Assembly: GCF_006345805.1 (NCBI RefSeq)
Contig: NC_043014.1
Coordinates: 54,622,001 to 54,686,000, forward strand
DNA length: 64,000 nt
Direction: 5' to 3'
DNA from: Octopus sinensis
Taxonomy: Eukaryota
Under the pieces are notes generated by a model. That model was not told where the DNA came from, did not search any database, and saw only the letters and a program-made list of their open reading frames with translations. This document shows, one piece after another, positions 47,383 to 60,075 of this stretch (position 1 is the stretch's first letter; each line of letters opens with the position of its first letter). The position numbers and the translations under genes are program-made.

Positions 47383-47975
47383 AGTCATTAGATTGTGGCC
47401 ATGCTGGGGCACCACCTTGAAGAATTTCCAGTCAAATGAATCGACCTCAATATTTATTTTGTTTTTAACCCTTTCATTATCAACCTGGCTGAAACCGGTT
47501 CTAGCTCTGAGTACAAATGTCTTGTTTTCATAAGTTTTTAATTCAAATCTTCCACCAAACCTTAGTCACAATTTATGTTCTTAATACTAGCTGAACGATA
47601 ACGAAGTTATTTTACTAAATTTTTTCTTATATTTAAAATAATTGAAAGAAAAACAGAACATCTCAACAGAAATACAGAAACGAAAGGGTTAAGCCAGGCA
47701 TTTATTTTATTGGTCTCTATTGCCAAACCACTAAGTTACAGGGACATAAACACACCAACACTGGTTGTTCAAGCAATAGTGATGGGGGTGAACAAACAGA
47801 CAGAAAGACACATACACACCCACATATACACGACAGGCTTCATTCAGTTTCCGTCTACCAAATCCGCTGACAAGGCTTTGCTCAGTCTGAGGCTGTAGTA
47901 GGTGACACTTGTCCATGGTGCGACACAGTGTGTTTGAACCCAGCATCGTGTGATTACCACACCGCCACGCCTGCA
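47383..47975 (-). mobile_element. SINE family A interrupted by piggyBac-type MITE
   Basis: Consensus continuity restored across the TTAA at 47465/47689. Confidence 0.75.
47469..47688. mobile_element. piggyBac-type MITE, complete (220 bp)
   Basis: TTAA|CCCTTT...AAAGGG|TTAA; reverse-complement relative of 22269. Confidence 0.9.
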
Positions 47976-48230
47976 CCTAAAGAACACATTCTCATGCATA
48001 CATACATACATATATATATTTATTTAATTACGTGTGTGTGCGTTTATATATATATATATTAGAAAAAACCCCACCTTTTATCAATTCAATAATGAAAAAT
48101 TAAATTATACCATCTAGAAAATTACATATTATAGAAAGATTAAATATAAGATAAAACACATAACAATGATTAAGTAATGTGCAAAATAATAAATAAAACG
48201 TATATATTTGGTAGAATATTCCCTCAAATT

Positions 48231-48262
<32 letters not shown>

Positions 48263-48308
48263 TATATGTGCACACATGTATGTATGTATATACACACAAT
48301 GTAATCTT

Positions 48309-48390
48309 CAACCTGATGAATGGTTAGTGGAAACCCTTTGTTGTGTAACTTCTATTTCTGAGGATCTGCTAACTAAGAAACATATGTTAC
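48309..48390 (+). ncRNA. Two tandem decayed hammerhead-like motifs in a TA-embedded segment
   Basis: CAAC|CTGATGA..GAAA..|GTTG (stem I kept), then CTGAGGA..GAAACATATGTT (palindromic stem III kept); other stems decayed. Confidence 0.35.
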
Positions 48391-48423
48391 CTCGATTTTA
48401 CCTGCTTCATTCCCTCGATTTGG

Positions 48424-48460
<37 letters not shown>

Positions 48461-49690
48461 ACATATACGTAATTTCTGTATTGGTGTAAAAGAGGAGATC
48501 TTATCAGAGTTATCGTATTCATACCCTACACCCCACCCCACAGACATGCATATAATATGTACGACCCCTTTGTTATGTTGGCAAATGTTATTGTCTCTGC
48601 TCAGTATTTTAATTTCTGTTGTTTTAAGGATTAACAACAAATCTTGTCACCTTGCCTCAAAATAGATTATCTGCAGACAAAATAGATTATCTGTCGTCTT
48701 TTTTTCAATTTACAACAACAACAACAAAATTATTATTATTATTATTATTACTATGTTTTTTTTAATAATTTTTTTCTTCCTAGGAAAAAAAGTTTTTTAT
48801 ACATTAAAATAAAGAAATTAAATATTTGGTTCTGTAAGAAAGAGCTGAAGATGGATCTTAACTTTCGCTTTGTGTCAAGCTAATAATTTTTGTAATCAAT
48901 GGTAATCTTGGCTCCCACAGAAAGTTGGACACTAACGAGCGAGAAGATGATGATGATGATGATGATAATAATCATAATGTGATGCCACTGCTGTATTTAT
49001 GATCTGGACATCAAAAAACTTTTGATGAAAAGACAAGAAAACATTTTTTTAAATACTAAAAAATAACTAAATAATTTCAAAGTCACCTCTTCATCGTTTC
49101 AATGGTTTTTCACTTCAAAACAAACCCTTCATACCCATTTCTTGTTTTTTTTTTGGTCCTTTTTCACTTTCAATTTGAAATAATTATTCTTTCCTCTTGC
49201 TAAATCCAAATACCTAACTATTTTATTTATTTTTTAATTAATTAACTAATTTATTTATTTTTTTACTGTGATATTTCTTGTAATATTTTCATGCATGGGG
49301 AATGGTTCTCGTTTCCTAAAAACCATCTTTTCATCTTTTCACATAAAAAAAAAAGATTTTAAAAAAATGACAAAAAAAGTGACCCCAACAAACCGCTGGG
49401 GTTATTTCACCATCTTGTAGACTCTTGGCTTTTTTTTTTTAAATAGTTTTCTTTAATTTTTGCTTGTTTTTATAAATCATTTGTGGCGCCTATCTTGTTG
49501 GTGGGCGTAATTAATCTCGTTAACAGAATTCATCATCATTCTGTCTCTACTCTGAAGTTGCATGCAGGTGTCACAAGAACAACAACAATAAACAAACTGT
49601 CCCGTGTGTGTGTGTGTGTGTGCACACAATTATGTACTTTATATATATATATATAATATATATATACATATATATAATATATATTTATTT

Positions 49691-49740
<50 letters not shown>

Positions 49741-49831
49741 CAACAATTGAGGGTAAAATTAATTAATTAATTAATCAATTTCACCAAGTATTCAGTATGC
49801 AAAGGGACCATTTAAGGCGAATTCAAATTAT

Positions 49832-49960
49832 TACATTATATAAAGGGCTTAGTAAAATAAATTACTTTGCCGCATACTGAACTCGTTAGAAGCTGCTATT
49901 TCTAACGAGTTCAGTATGCGGCAAAGTAATTTATTTTACTAAGCCCTTTTATATAATGTA
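49832..49960. repeat. 129-bp fold-back palindrome (60-bp arms, 8-nt loop)
   Basis: TACATTATATAAAGGGCTTAG..CTCGTTAGAA / TTCTAACGAG..CCCTTTTATATAATGTA; only a 1-nt indel; runs into (TA)n. Confidence 0.95.
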
Positions 49961-50404
49961 TATATATATATATATATATATATACATACAAAGATAAAAT
50001 ACATAATATATATAGAGAGAGAATGTTTGTATATATATATGATATATACATATATAATGTATAGATATATATATAATATATATATATGTATATATATATA
50101 TATACATACATGCATACACACACAAAAAAAAGATGAACGAACAAGCCAACAGTTTTACTCAATACATTTAGCTGTATGTATATATTTCATAGCAGTTCAA
50201 ACTATTATATATAGTTTGTATATATAAATATACATACACACACACTATATATATATATATGTATGTATGTATATTAAATGGAAACCTTCATGAGATAATT
50301 CTCTGTCTGACTGTTGTTAATAAATCTTAGAGATTAATCAAGTTCCTATTATAGTCAGCCCCCCCCCCCTCGGTTTCTTTTCTCTTCTTGTTTACCAAAC
50401 TAAC

Positions 50405-50452
50405 CTCCATGGCACCTCCTCCTCCTCTCGGTCGAGGTGCATCTTCAGACAT
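50405..50452 (-). CDS. Candidate start-codon exon (MSEDAPRPRGGGGAME)
   Basis: GC-rich island within TA repeats; AGAATGT start, GAG|GTTAGT donor, upstream CTGATGTTTAG| acceptor; downstream exons not found. Confidence 0.35.
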
Positions 50453-50539
50453 TCTGCTAAATATCGATAATTCTTATGTTCCCAGTTTTGTCCTCGTTGT
50501 TGACATACTAAACATCAGTAGGTGCTATTGTTTCAACTG

Positions 50540-51160
50540 CAAACCATTATATATATATATGTATGTATATGTATATATGTATATATATATGTGTATATAT
50601 ATATATGTATATATAGTATGTATGTATATCTGTACTTTGTTTGAAACAAATGTGGTGTTAATTAGATATCTGCTTAGTATTGTTGCTGTTTAGTAAGTTT
50701 TGTTATTAATCTTAACTGATGGAATTAAATTGAAAGAAGAAAAAAAACTGCAAATGTAATTTCAGGTGCAAAGATGGACATTGTTTCACCTGTGTGTGTG
50801 TGTGTATGTATATATATATATATACATATATACATATATATATATATATGCATATATGTATGTATATATATATATATATATATACACACACATATTTATA
50901 TATGTATATATATATATGTGTGTGTGTGTGTGTCTACAAATATATATATATATATATATGTATATATCTATGTGTACATATATATATATGTATACATGTG
51001 TATATATATTATATATATATATATCTGTATATATATATGTATATATATATATATGTGTGTTTATGTAAATGTATATATATGTATGTATATATATATATAT
51101 GTATGTATGTATGTATATATATATATATATATATGTCTGTGTGTGTGTGTACATATACAT
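50540..51160. repeat. Long degenerate (TA)/(TG) microsatellite
   Basis: Direct inspection. Confidence 0.95.
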
Positions 51161-51424
51161 ATGTGGCATTTACTTCCCAAGTGGAGGTAACTCCTCAGCA
51201 ATGGCCATAACTCCATAAAGTCTCAACCTTTTTGGTTCTGTTGAGGATCTCCAAATACAAAGATTGATGTCATTGTAGCCCTTGCTCCGGTATGGCCGCA
51301 GTCCCATAACTGCTACCCATAAGAGTATATACCTACACACACATTAATATATATACACACATTAATATATATATCTATATATATAGCTGTAATTAAATGA
51401 AACAATGAAATTTTTTGAAAACTT

Positions 51425-51459
<35 letters not shown>

Positions 51460-51960
51460 GTCTGTTTCTTCTCCAAGTACGTGACCCTCCCCGCCTCTTT
51501 GCTGACCCAGCCAACTGAAAAAGCCATTGCGCGTAACGGCCGCCAAGTGAAAAAAAAAAAAATCATAAAATAAAATAAAAAAATAAAGTTTTCTGTTTTG
51601 TGAAGTTTTGTTATTTGTTGGCTCTCAATTAATTCTGTTGGATGATAACGATGATGATGATGATGATTATGTGGACTATTGTTTCTATACACATTAACAT
51701 AATACATGCGAACCCTCGCATCACAAACACACACACAGACACCCACACACCACACGCACGCACGCACGCCCACAACCCATAACATGAACGCTCATTATCA
51801 TACAAATATTGAAGTGTGCAGGATGTGTCAGGTATTTCTATAAACACACGCTATTGTCAGAGAATAAAGATATTGTCTGTAAAGAAAAATATTTAAAAAA
51901 TGCAGAAAAAACAAAAAAACACTGTGTAATTGTTTTTTTTTTATTTATTTATTTTTTTTT

Positions 51961-52321
51961 TTGTTTCAGTCATTTGACTGCGGCCATGCTGGAGCACCGC
52001 CTTTAATCGAGCAACTCGACCCCGAGACTTATTCTTTTGTAAGCCCAGTACTTATTCTATCGGTCTCTTTTGCCGAACCGCTAAGTGACGGGGACGTAAA
52101 CACACTAGCATCGGTTGTCAAGCAATGCTACGGGGACAACACAGACACACACACACACATATATATATACATATATACGACGGGCTTCTTTCAGTTTCCG
52201 TCTACCAAATCCACTCACAAGGCTTTGGTCGGCCAGGGGCTATAGCAGAAGACACTTGCCCAAGATGCCACGCAGTGGGAATGAACCCGGAACCATGCGG
52301 TTGGTTAGCAAGCTACTTACC
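51961..52321 (-). mobile_element. SINE family A (young copy)
   Basis: Near-identical to reverse complement of 185-596; head clipped. Confidence 0.9.
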
Positions 52322-52394
52322 TTTATTTGTTTGGTTGTTTTTGTGGTGAGACGAAGGACTTCTGGGCTTTTGTGGAAGGATCGACTACTTTTCA

Positions 52395-52780
52395 ACCCTT
52401 TGGCATTGAAATTTTTGCTTGTTTCAATCATTAGGCCATGGCCATGCTGGAGCATCAACTTGAAGGATTTTAATCAAATAAATCAACCCCAGGAGTTTTT
52501 TTTTCTTTTTGAGCCAAGTTTTTATTCCGTTGGTTCTCTTCTGCCGAACCCTAAGTTACAGGGATGTAAACCCAAGAACTGTTGTGAAGCAGTGGTGGTG
52601 TTGGGACAACCACAGACACACACACACATATATATACGATGGGCTTCTTTCAGTTTCCATCTACCAAATCCCCTCACAAGGATTTGGTTGGCTCAAGGCT
52701 ATTGTAGAGGACACTTGTCCAAGGTGCCACGCAATGTGGCTAAACCTGGCACCGTGTGGTTTGGAAGCAAGCTTCTTTAT
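52395..52780 (-). mobile_element. SINE family A (older copy)
   Basis: Degenerate tail, body and head. Confidence 0.8.
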
Positions 52781-53429
52781 TTCATAGAAATTTGCCATAG
52801 AAGCATTACAAAGAGTAGCTTGCAGGCTAGACACAGACATTGATGAAGAGGATGATTATGATGAAAAATGATAAAGATGGCAGAAGGCGCCCACCGACCC
52901 TCTGCTTCTCTAAAACATTATTTTTTTAAAATACATACACCGAGGTAATGACCCTCTTACTAAAAAATACAATTTCTTAGGACCAAAAAGTCCAGACAAC
53001 CAAAATTACAGTCTATACACAAATTAGGGGCAATAAACCTCTACACTTCCTCCTCCAGGGGCACTGTTGCACCCGAAATCTGGGGCTCCAATGAAGAATT
53101 CTGAAAGTCACACCTGAGCCATATCCAGCCCAGAATATTCTCCATGTTTTACGTTCAAACTGGCCAGATCCAGCTTCTCACGCTTACCCTACAATGTCAT
53201 CCTAAAACTGAACATTTACATAATTGAAGTCTCGAAACTCTGAGATAATCCCTGATTAACTGAAACCAATGGGATTAGATAAGATTTACATTTGACAGGA
53301 TAATCTGCATGCTTAGGGGCCAAGGTAGAATGGCCTGCAATGCAGGGACAATGGCATCTGATCATCAGAGATTTACATCATTTTTGAAAACCTTTGTTTT
53401 GTGGTTTGAGGAAAATGTAAGGCCTTTCA

Positions 53430-54657
53430 GCCATGACCATCCTGTCCTGTATGCAAGGAACCTGGGACCACCGTAAATATTTCACATGTTCTTTTGTGAG
53501 GTGTTAGAATACAATTTTGAGATATTTAGCTGCTATTTCTAGCTATCTAGATGATCAACTAGAGACTTTCTTACTGGCTCAAATGGCAGCCAATGCTGGA
53601 GCCTCTGTGTGTTCCCTTGGCCTGCTAGAAATAGCAACCAACTCTCTGAAATCTTATGAACATATATATATATTAAACAAGGAAGTCTAAAATAATTTTA
53701 GAAAAGGCAAGATGGTCATGGTTGGAACTCCTTCATTCCTTTCTCTGCCAAATATGAAGGTTAATCTTGAGCCAAACATTGAACTAATGAGCGAACCTCT
53801 ATGACTAGAAACTGCGGTCAAACCCCCCTCATATCGCAGCTGTCTTATTTTATGAAAGATTACATTCGATGATGTAGTCATGGTTGAACTCCTTCATCTA
53901 ATGTGAAGAGAGCCGAGCAGGTGTCTATATTTACTTGTGAACATACGTGTACCTAAGAAACCTATTTGTGAAAAAATGGTGCAGATCGCCAAACTTCCAG
54001 CCGGGCAACAGAAGGGCTGAAAACAAGGAGCTCCCATAAAAAGGGTCCTTATTTCTTGCTTTGACAAATCAATGAGAGAGTCATCACATGGTTTCCTGGT
54101 TTGCCAGAAATAGCAACTCTCAGATCCCTCTCTATTATTATAAACAAGGGAAAGACATATTAGATAATGTTGTCCTATAAAAACCTTTAAAAAAACAGGA
54201 TGGTCAATTCCAGAACGAGGTTGATAACAACAGCCAACAAACGTTCTTTTGCCATTGAGATAATCCGTGAAGGGAGTGAGATAATTCGATGGGTGGGTGG
54301 GGGGGGCAGTGGTTCGGAGGTGACAGAGCAATATTTTGGTGAGATAAGAATAAAGTTATTTAAAGTTTAATTTGACCTGATTATTAGATATTTCAGTAGA
54401 GATGCACCAAAACTGTTTTATCATCAGAATGAGAGAGAGAGAGAGCTTCTATGGGGTCAGTGTATCTACTAGAAATAGCAACAAAGTCTCCCCCCTCAAT
54501 TCATGCCCTGCTTGACAATGAACGGGCACAATGACTATCTTAGTCCTGGGCAAACTACCTGAAATAAAGATTGGAGGGTCACAGTTGGAGTGCCTTTAAT
54601 CATAGGTTCACTCTTTTAGAACAGATACAAGGTAACCTGGGGCTAAACAACAACAAC
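53430..54657. mobile_element. Cluster of about five SINE family D fragments
   Basis: Repeated TAGAAATAGCA(G/A)C and GGATGGTCATGG motifs at ~53430(-), 53620, 53800, 54105, 54470 (+). Confidence 0.6.
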
Positions 54658-54687
54658 CAATCACAATGAAGGACCCCTAATTTCTGT

Positions 54688-54899
54688 AAGGCATCGAGCT
54701 GGTAGAAACATTAGTACGCCAGGTGACATGCATAGCCGTATTTCGTCTGCCGTTACGTTGTGAGTTCAAATTCCACTGAGGTCGACTTTGGTTTCATCCT
54801 TTCAGGGTCGATTAAATAAGTACCAGTTACGCACTGGGGTCGATATAATCGACTTAATCCGTTTGTCTGTCCCTGTTTGTCCCCTCTGTGTTTAGCCCC
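54688..54899 (+). mobile_element. SINE family B (tail type 1)
   Basis: Head, B-box and CCCCTCTGTGTTTAGCCCC end. Confidence 0.85.
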
Positions 54900-55600
54900 A
54901 ACATCAACTACAGTGTTTCCATTAAACCACCCAACACCCGTATCTAAACCTACCATCAGCATACCAGTTATTCCATCTTCCATTCCAACAACCACAGAAA
55001 CTCGGAGACGATGTCATGTCCAGTGACTTGTCTGTTTAGTTCTTCATTTCTTCTTATGGAGGTTTCTTGCATCTTCTTTTAGTTTTCCGGTGGTCTTATA
55101 TTGCTCTGTACTTCTCGATTGATGTTTTATTCACAACCTTGGAGGGAGACAGAAGAGCAATCTCACACAGGCAACAGTTTAGTTTCCCCTTTTCTCGTCA
55201 AGAGTTATTTTATTCAATGAGAGACAGGTAAACCCTCAGCTATTAAACAGTAACGAACTTATGGCCTACACTGCTCAGGAGCTCCTACAAGAGAGGTGAG
55301 TTAAACCGCATGACTGCTTTCTTGTCTTCCACTGTTAATCTGTGTACTAGTGTAACCAGTCGGACACTAGAAGTGTACAAGACATGTTTCACTTATTTAA
55401 GGGAACGCATAATTGCCTCTGGCTATTATCTCACTAATCCTAATTCGTTATCCTGCAAACACAAGCATTTTATATCCCTCTTATGGAAGCTGCCCGTCTT
55501 CCCGGCCGTATGACAACACTTATTCCGTTATTTGAACTACTTCTATTAATTTTGTCGACGCTCATCGTAACCAGTTGCCTCGGATTCAAATATTTGAATC

Positions 55601-55798
55601 AAACATTTTTTCACGCTCAGATTTGCTGAAGCATGGAATAAACTGCCTGCGTCAGTTGTTGACTGCCATGACACTGCATCCTTTAAGGCCCTCATGCTTT
55701 CCGAAATCCGCCGAAACTACACCTGATTATATATACACTTTAGATGAGTTGTAGTACACCTGAGCACTGTACACAATTATTATTATTATTATTATTAT
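55601..55798 (+). mobile_element. CR1/L2-like LINE 3' end
   Basis: 55601-55726 reads KHFFTLRFAEAWNKLPASVVDCHDTASFKALMLSEIRRNYT* (FF..R...WN.LP..VV...FK motif); (ATT)n tail. Confidence 0.8.
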
Positions 55799-56699
55799 CC
55801 TCAAATAATTCTTAACGCTTAAAAACATGCGATTCAAACAATGTTTGTTGGGTGGTTAAGAAATTCGCTTCGCAACCAAAAGATGCCGCGCTTAATCGCA
55901 CCGAACAGCATCTTTGGTAAGTGTCTTTTACCATAAACCTCGAGGCGACTCGAACGGTGAGAGGGAAATTCGGTTGAAGCGAAATGCGTGGAGGTTTGTG
56001 TGACGAACTCAAAATGTCATTCAATGAATCAGCCTTGTCACAAACGGTTTTTCACTGATTCTTTCTGAGAATTACATTAAGGACACACGCACCTGTGTAA
56101 CGCACGGGTACATGTTGGTTAATTTAACCATTTAACAAGGAAACGAATTCCTTTGATGAAGAAATTGCAAGGGAACTAACTCTTGATATTTTAAAAATAA
56201 CATAAATTGACCTCTGTGTCTTTTGATTTTTTTCAAAGCGTTACTAGAAATATTTATTTCACCAGTACACGGTGCTCTTGTTATTTTTGTCGAGAGAAGC
56301 TTTATGGTTCAGAGAGAGAAAAATTTTGAATGATGACAATAGGATTTTAAAAACAATATTTTGAACGGAAGAATTTTTAGACGAAATAACGTGATACAGA
56401 TTTATCTCCCTTGGAGAGGAATTCTCGAATCACCGGTCAGACGTAACAGGCGAACGTAAATATCGTTCCAAGTTATATAAGAATATATTATGGTCGATAT
56501 ATTTATATATTGTATAATAAAATATGGAAATATAACGGGATAAAACAATAGGGAAGTAATTTTGAAAACTTGAAGGAATCGTTAAAACATCCTGCAGTAT
56601 TTGGTTATGATCATTTATGGTCTAAATAAAAATACCTGCGTTAACTAAATCTCTTATTCTTCTCATGACACTAAAATTATTTAAATAATCATTTCGACT

Positions 56700-56895
56700 C
56701 CGGGCGAAATGCTTAGCGGTATTTTGTCTGCCGCTATGTTCTGAGTTCACATTCCACTGAGGTCGACTTTGCCTTTCATCCTTTTGGGGTTGATTAAATA
56801 AGTACCAGTTATGCACTGGGATCAATGTAATCGACTTAATCCCCTTGTTTGTGCCCTCTACGTTTAGCCCTTTGTAAGCAATAAAGAAATAAATA
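56700..56895 (+). mobile_element. SINE family B (tail type 1), 5' clipped
   Basis: CGGGCGAAATGCTTAGCGGTATT..TTTAGCCCTTTGTAAGCAATAAAGAAATA. Confidence 0.85.
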
Positions 56896-56962
56896 TTTAA
56901 ATAATTTAAACCTCTAAAATAAGTTTAAGGCTCTTTAGTTGCCAGGAAATGGTTGCCTCCTC

Positions 56963-57912
56963 TCATCATCCTCATCATCGTCGTCATTTAACGTCTGCTT
57001 TCCATGCTGGCATGGGTTGGACGGTTTGACTGAGGACTGGTGAGCCAGAAGGCTGCCCCAGGCTCAGTCTGATCTGGCAAAGTCTCTACAGCTGGATGCC
57101 CTTCCTAACGCCAACCACTCCGAGAGTGTAGTGGGTGCTTTTTATGTGCCACCGGCATGGGAGCCAGTCAGGAGGTTCTGGCAACAACCGCATTCAAAAG
57201 GTGCCTTTTACATGCTACCTGCACGGGAGCGAGTCCAGTGGCACTGGCAATGACCATCCCTGAATGTTGTTTGCCCACGTGCCACCTGCACATGTGGCGG
57301 TAAGGCAATGCTAGCAAGAATCACACTCGAATGGTGCTTTTTACGTGCTACCGGCAGAGGAACTAATCCATGGCCCTGGCAACGATCCTGCTCGGATGTG
57401 CTTTTAACATTCCACTGGCACGAATGCCAATCAGGCGGTACTGTCATCGGACACGTCAGCAATATTGATTTGTTTACACTTGCCTCAATAGGTCTTTGCT
57501 AGCAAAGTTCATCGTCCAATGTATGAGGGGTACTCATAAGTGGGCCGGTTACACCCCACGTTCGGATGTGCTGTTAACGTTCTACTGGCACGAGTGCCAA
57601 TCAGGCGGTACTGTGATCGGCCACGTCAGCAATTTTGATTTTGATTTCACTTACCTCAGTAGGTCTTCGCAAGCAAGGTTTATTGTCCAATGAATGAGGG
57701 GTATTCATAAGTGGGCTGCTTACACCCACTAGCATAGGCTATGGGATATGTTCTCACTTGGCTTGTCGGGTCTTCTCAAGCACACCGCATCGCCAAAGGT
57801 CTCGGTCACAAGTCATTGCCTCAGTGAGGCTTAATGTTCAAAGATCGTGCTTCACCACCTCATCCCAGGTCTTCTATGGTCTACCTCTTCCACAGGTTCT
57901 CTCAACTGCGAG
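56963..57912 (-). mobile_element. RTE LINE 3' fragment with expanded 3' UTR array and 170-bp internal duplication
   Basis: Decayed TCGRGRP.KTWDEVVKHDL..DRDLWR C-terminus at ~57780-57910; about five GGCACGTAAAAAGCAC-type units; duplication 57392-57561 / 57562-57728. Confidence 0.85.
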
Positions 57913-59185
57913 AGTGTGACACTTTTTCAAGCATCTCAACAATCTCACCAGACCTGTCTTTCAGTGTGCCAACCCTGAGGGTGTGGGAGGTGTGGGCCCA
58001 TGAGACCCTGGGATGGGGAACAGCAGTGTCATGTACCTAAAAAGAAAGCTTGCATTTAGTAGCTACCGTGGCACAATTTACCTTCAAATGTAAGTGAATC
58101 CCTGCTTCATTACGGAACACTGTTCTCTGTGAAGTATACTCTCTTAACATTCTTGCTCAATCTGTTAGAAATAGCAGCCAAATCACTGTTAAATCACACA
58201 CTGTTCTAACTTAAGAATGGACTAACACATTGGATAATATAGTCATGGGTGAACTCTGTTATAAAAAGAAATATACGAGATGGTCATGACTGGAACACCT
58301 TTTGTCATAGGTTTGCTTCCTAAAAGTTTATCTGGAACCGACAACTTGGCATGATAGTTTTGTGTTTAAGAAGTTCGCTTGGCAGTCTTGTTGTTTCCAG
58401 TTCGATACCAACAGACAGCATTTTGAATAAGTGTCTTCTACCATAAGATCAGGTTGTTTAAGATAGTGTGGGTAGAATTTAGCTGAAGGAAACTGTACAG
58501 AAGCCTATCACCTACAAACATGAGAGAGAAAGAGAGAGAGAGAGGGAAAGAGAGAACGTGTGCTTGCTTCTCAGTGAGGCCTTGATATGTGTGTATGTTT
58601 CTTCTTTGAGTTTTATTTCAGTTCTTCTCGAGAGATTCCAAGCCAGTTGCTAACAAAGTGACAAGATTTTCCGAGAGTTCCTGGTGTTTGTAAATATGTG
58701 GTTGAATTGGTGTGTTCGTTCAACTGTCAATGCTTTTGCCCAAATGTGTGCATCTATTCACCTGAGAATCTCAGATGGAGAATTTTTGTAATGTCTTACA
58801 GATCTTCACTGTGCCACTTATCGACTGGATTTGAAGAATCCACGGCAGTTTCTTTTGCCCTTTCTCTGTGAAGCCAAGTATTTCTAGGTTATTGTGCAAA
58901 TTTGTTAGTGCATTACCTAATGCATCTCTGACGATAGGGACAGACAAGAATTTGTGTGTGTGTGTTTTGGTGAAAGTTATAAGCACTGATAGGAAAATTG
59001 ATAACGTAGTACTTTTTAAGTGAAGTCCATTGAAATAGTTGTTCTGAAGCACTTAACAGACACTCCTATATCAGTGTCATCAACAGAACAGCAGGGAACT
59101 TGTGAGATTGGCCTGTTAGAAAATATAACGAACAAGACTGTAGTTTTTTTATCGTGACATGAGATAAAGAAAATATTGATAAATA

Positions 59186-59613
59186 ATCTGAACATGGCTG
59201 ATGCCAGCGCTGCCTTGACTGGCTTCCATGCTGGTGGCACGTAAAAAGCACCAATCCAATCGTGGCCGTTGCCAGCCTCGCCTGGCACCTGTGCCGGTGG
59301 CACGTAAAAAGCACCATCCGAACGTGGCCGATGCCAGAGCCGCCTTGACTGGCTTCCATGCCAGTGGCACGTAAAATGCACCAATCCGACCGTGGCCGTT
59401 GCCAGCCTCCCCTGGCACCTGTGCCAGTGGCACGTAAAAAGCACCCACTACACTCACGGAGTGGTTGGTGTTAGGAAGGGCATCCAGCTGTAGAAACACT
59501 GCCAGATCAGACTGGGGCCTAGTGCAGCCTCCTGGCTTCCCAGACCCCGGTCGAACCGTCCAACCCATGCTAGCATGGAGAACGGACGCTGAACGAAGAT
59601 GATGGTGATGATG
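59186..59613 (+). mobile_element. RTE LINE 3' UTR with A-B-A-B array
   Basis: Boundaries at 59236, 59299, 59366, 59429 (63/67/63 spacing), then standard tail. Confidence 0.9.
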
Positions 59614-60075
59614 AACGACGAAATAAACAAACAACATTGGAGAAAATATAAGCAATAAATAGCGATACTACAACCACAATCATCACTACCATCATCATTG
59701 TCATCATCATCATCTTCACCACCACTACTGACACCACCACCACCACTACCACCACCACCAATGCCACTGTCGTCATCATCATCATCATCACAACCACTGA
59801 TAAAACTACTGCTGTGGCCACCCCTCCTCCATCATCATCATCATCATCATACTAGACACAAATATGTTCTCTTTAATGGGCCATAACATCCTTCCCCCTC
59901 CCCTCTATAACATTGCTGTCTCCCCCCTCTATACTGATACTATGTGCCTCTCCACCCCTACCCCCCCCCAGCACTATTATCTATTAATGTCTGTCCTGTG
60001 GAACCAAATGTCAGGAGGACAGAATCAATAATGCTTCCATGAGTCACACTTGACAACACAAACTGGTCTCTAATA

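Noticed and set aside
53894-54331. 145-aa minus-strand ORF
   Set aside because: Overlaps degenerate SINE family D sequence; no domain
59186-59445. CRISPR-like repeat/spacer appearance
   Set aside because: The spacers are themselves repeats (A-B-A-B), the array is part of an RTE 3' UTR in a eukaryotic genome, and there are no cas genes
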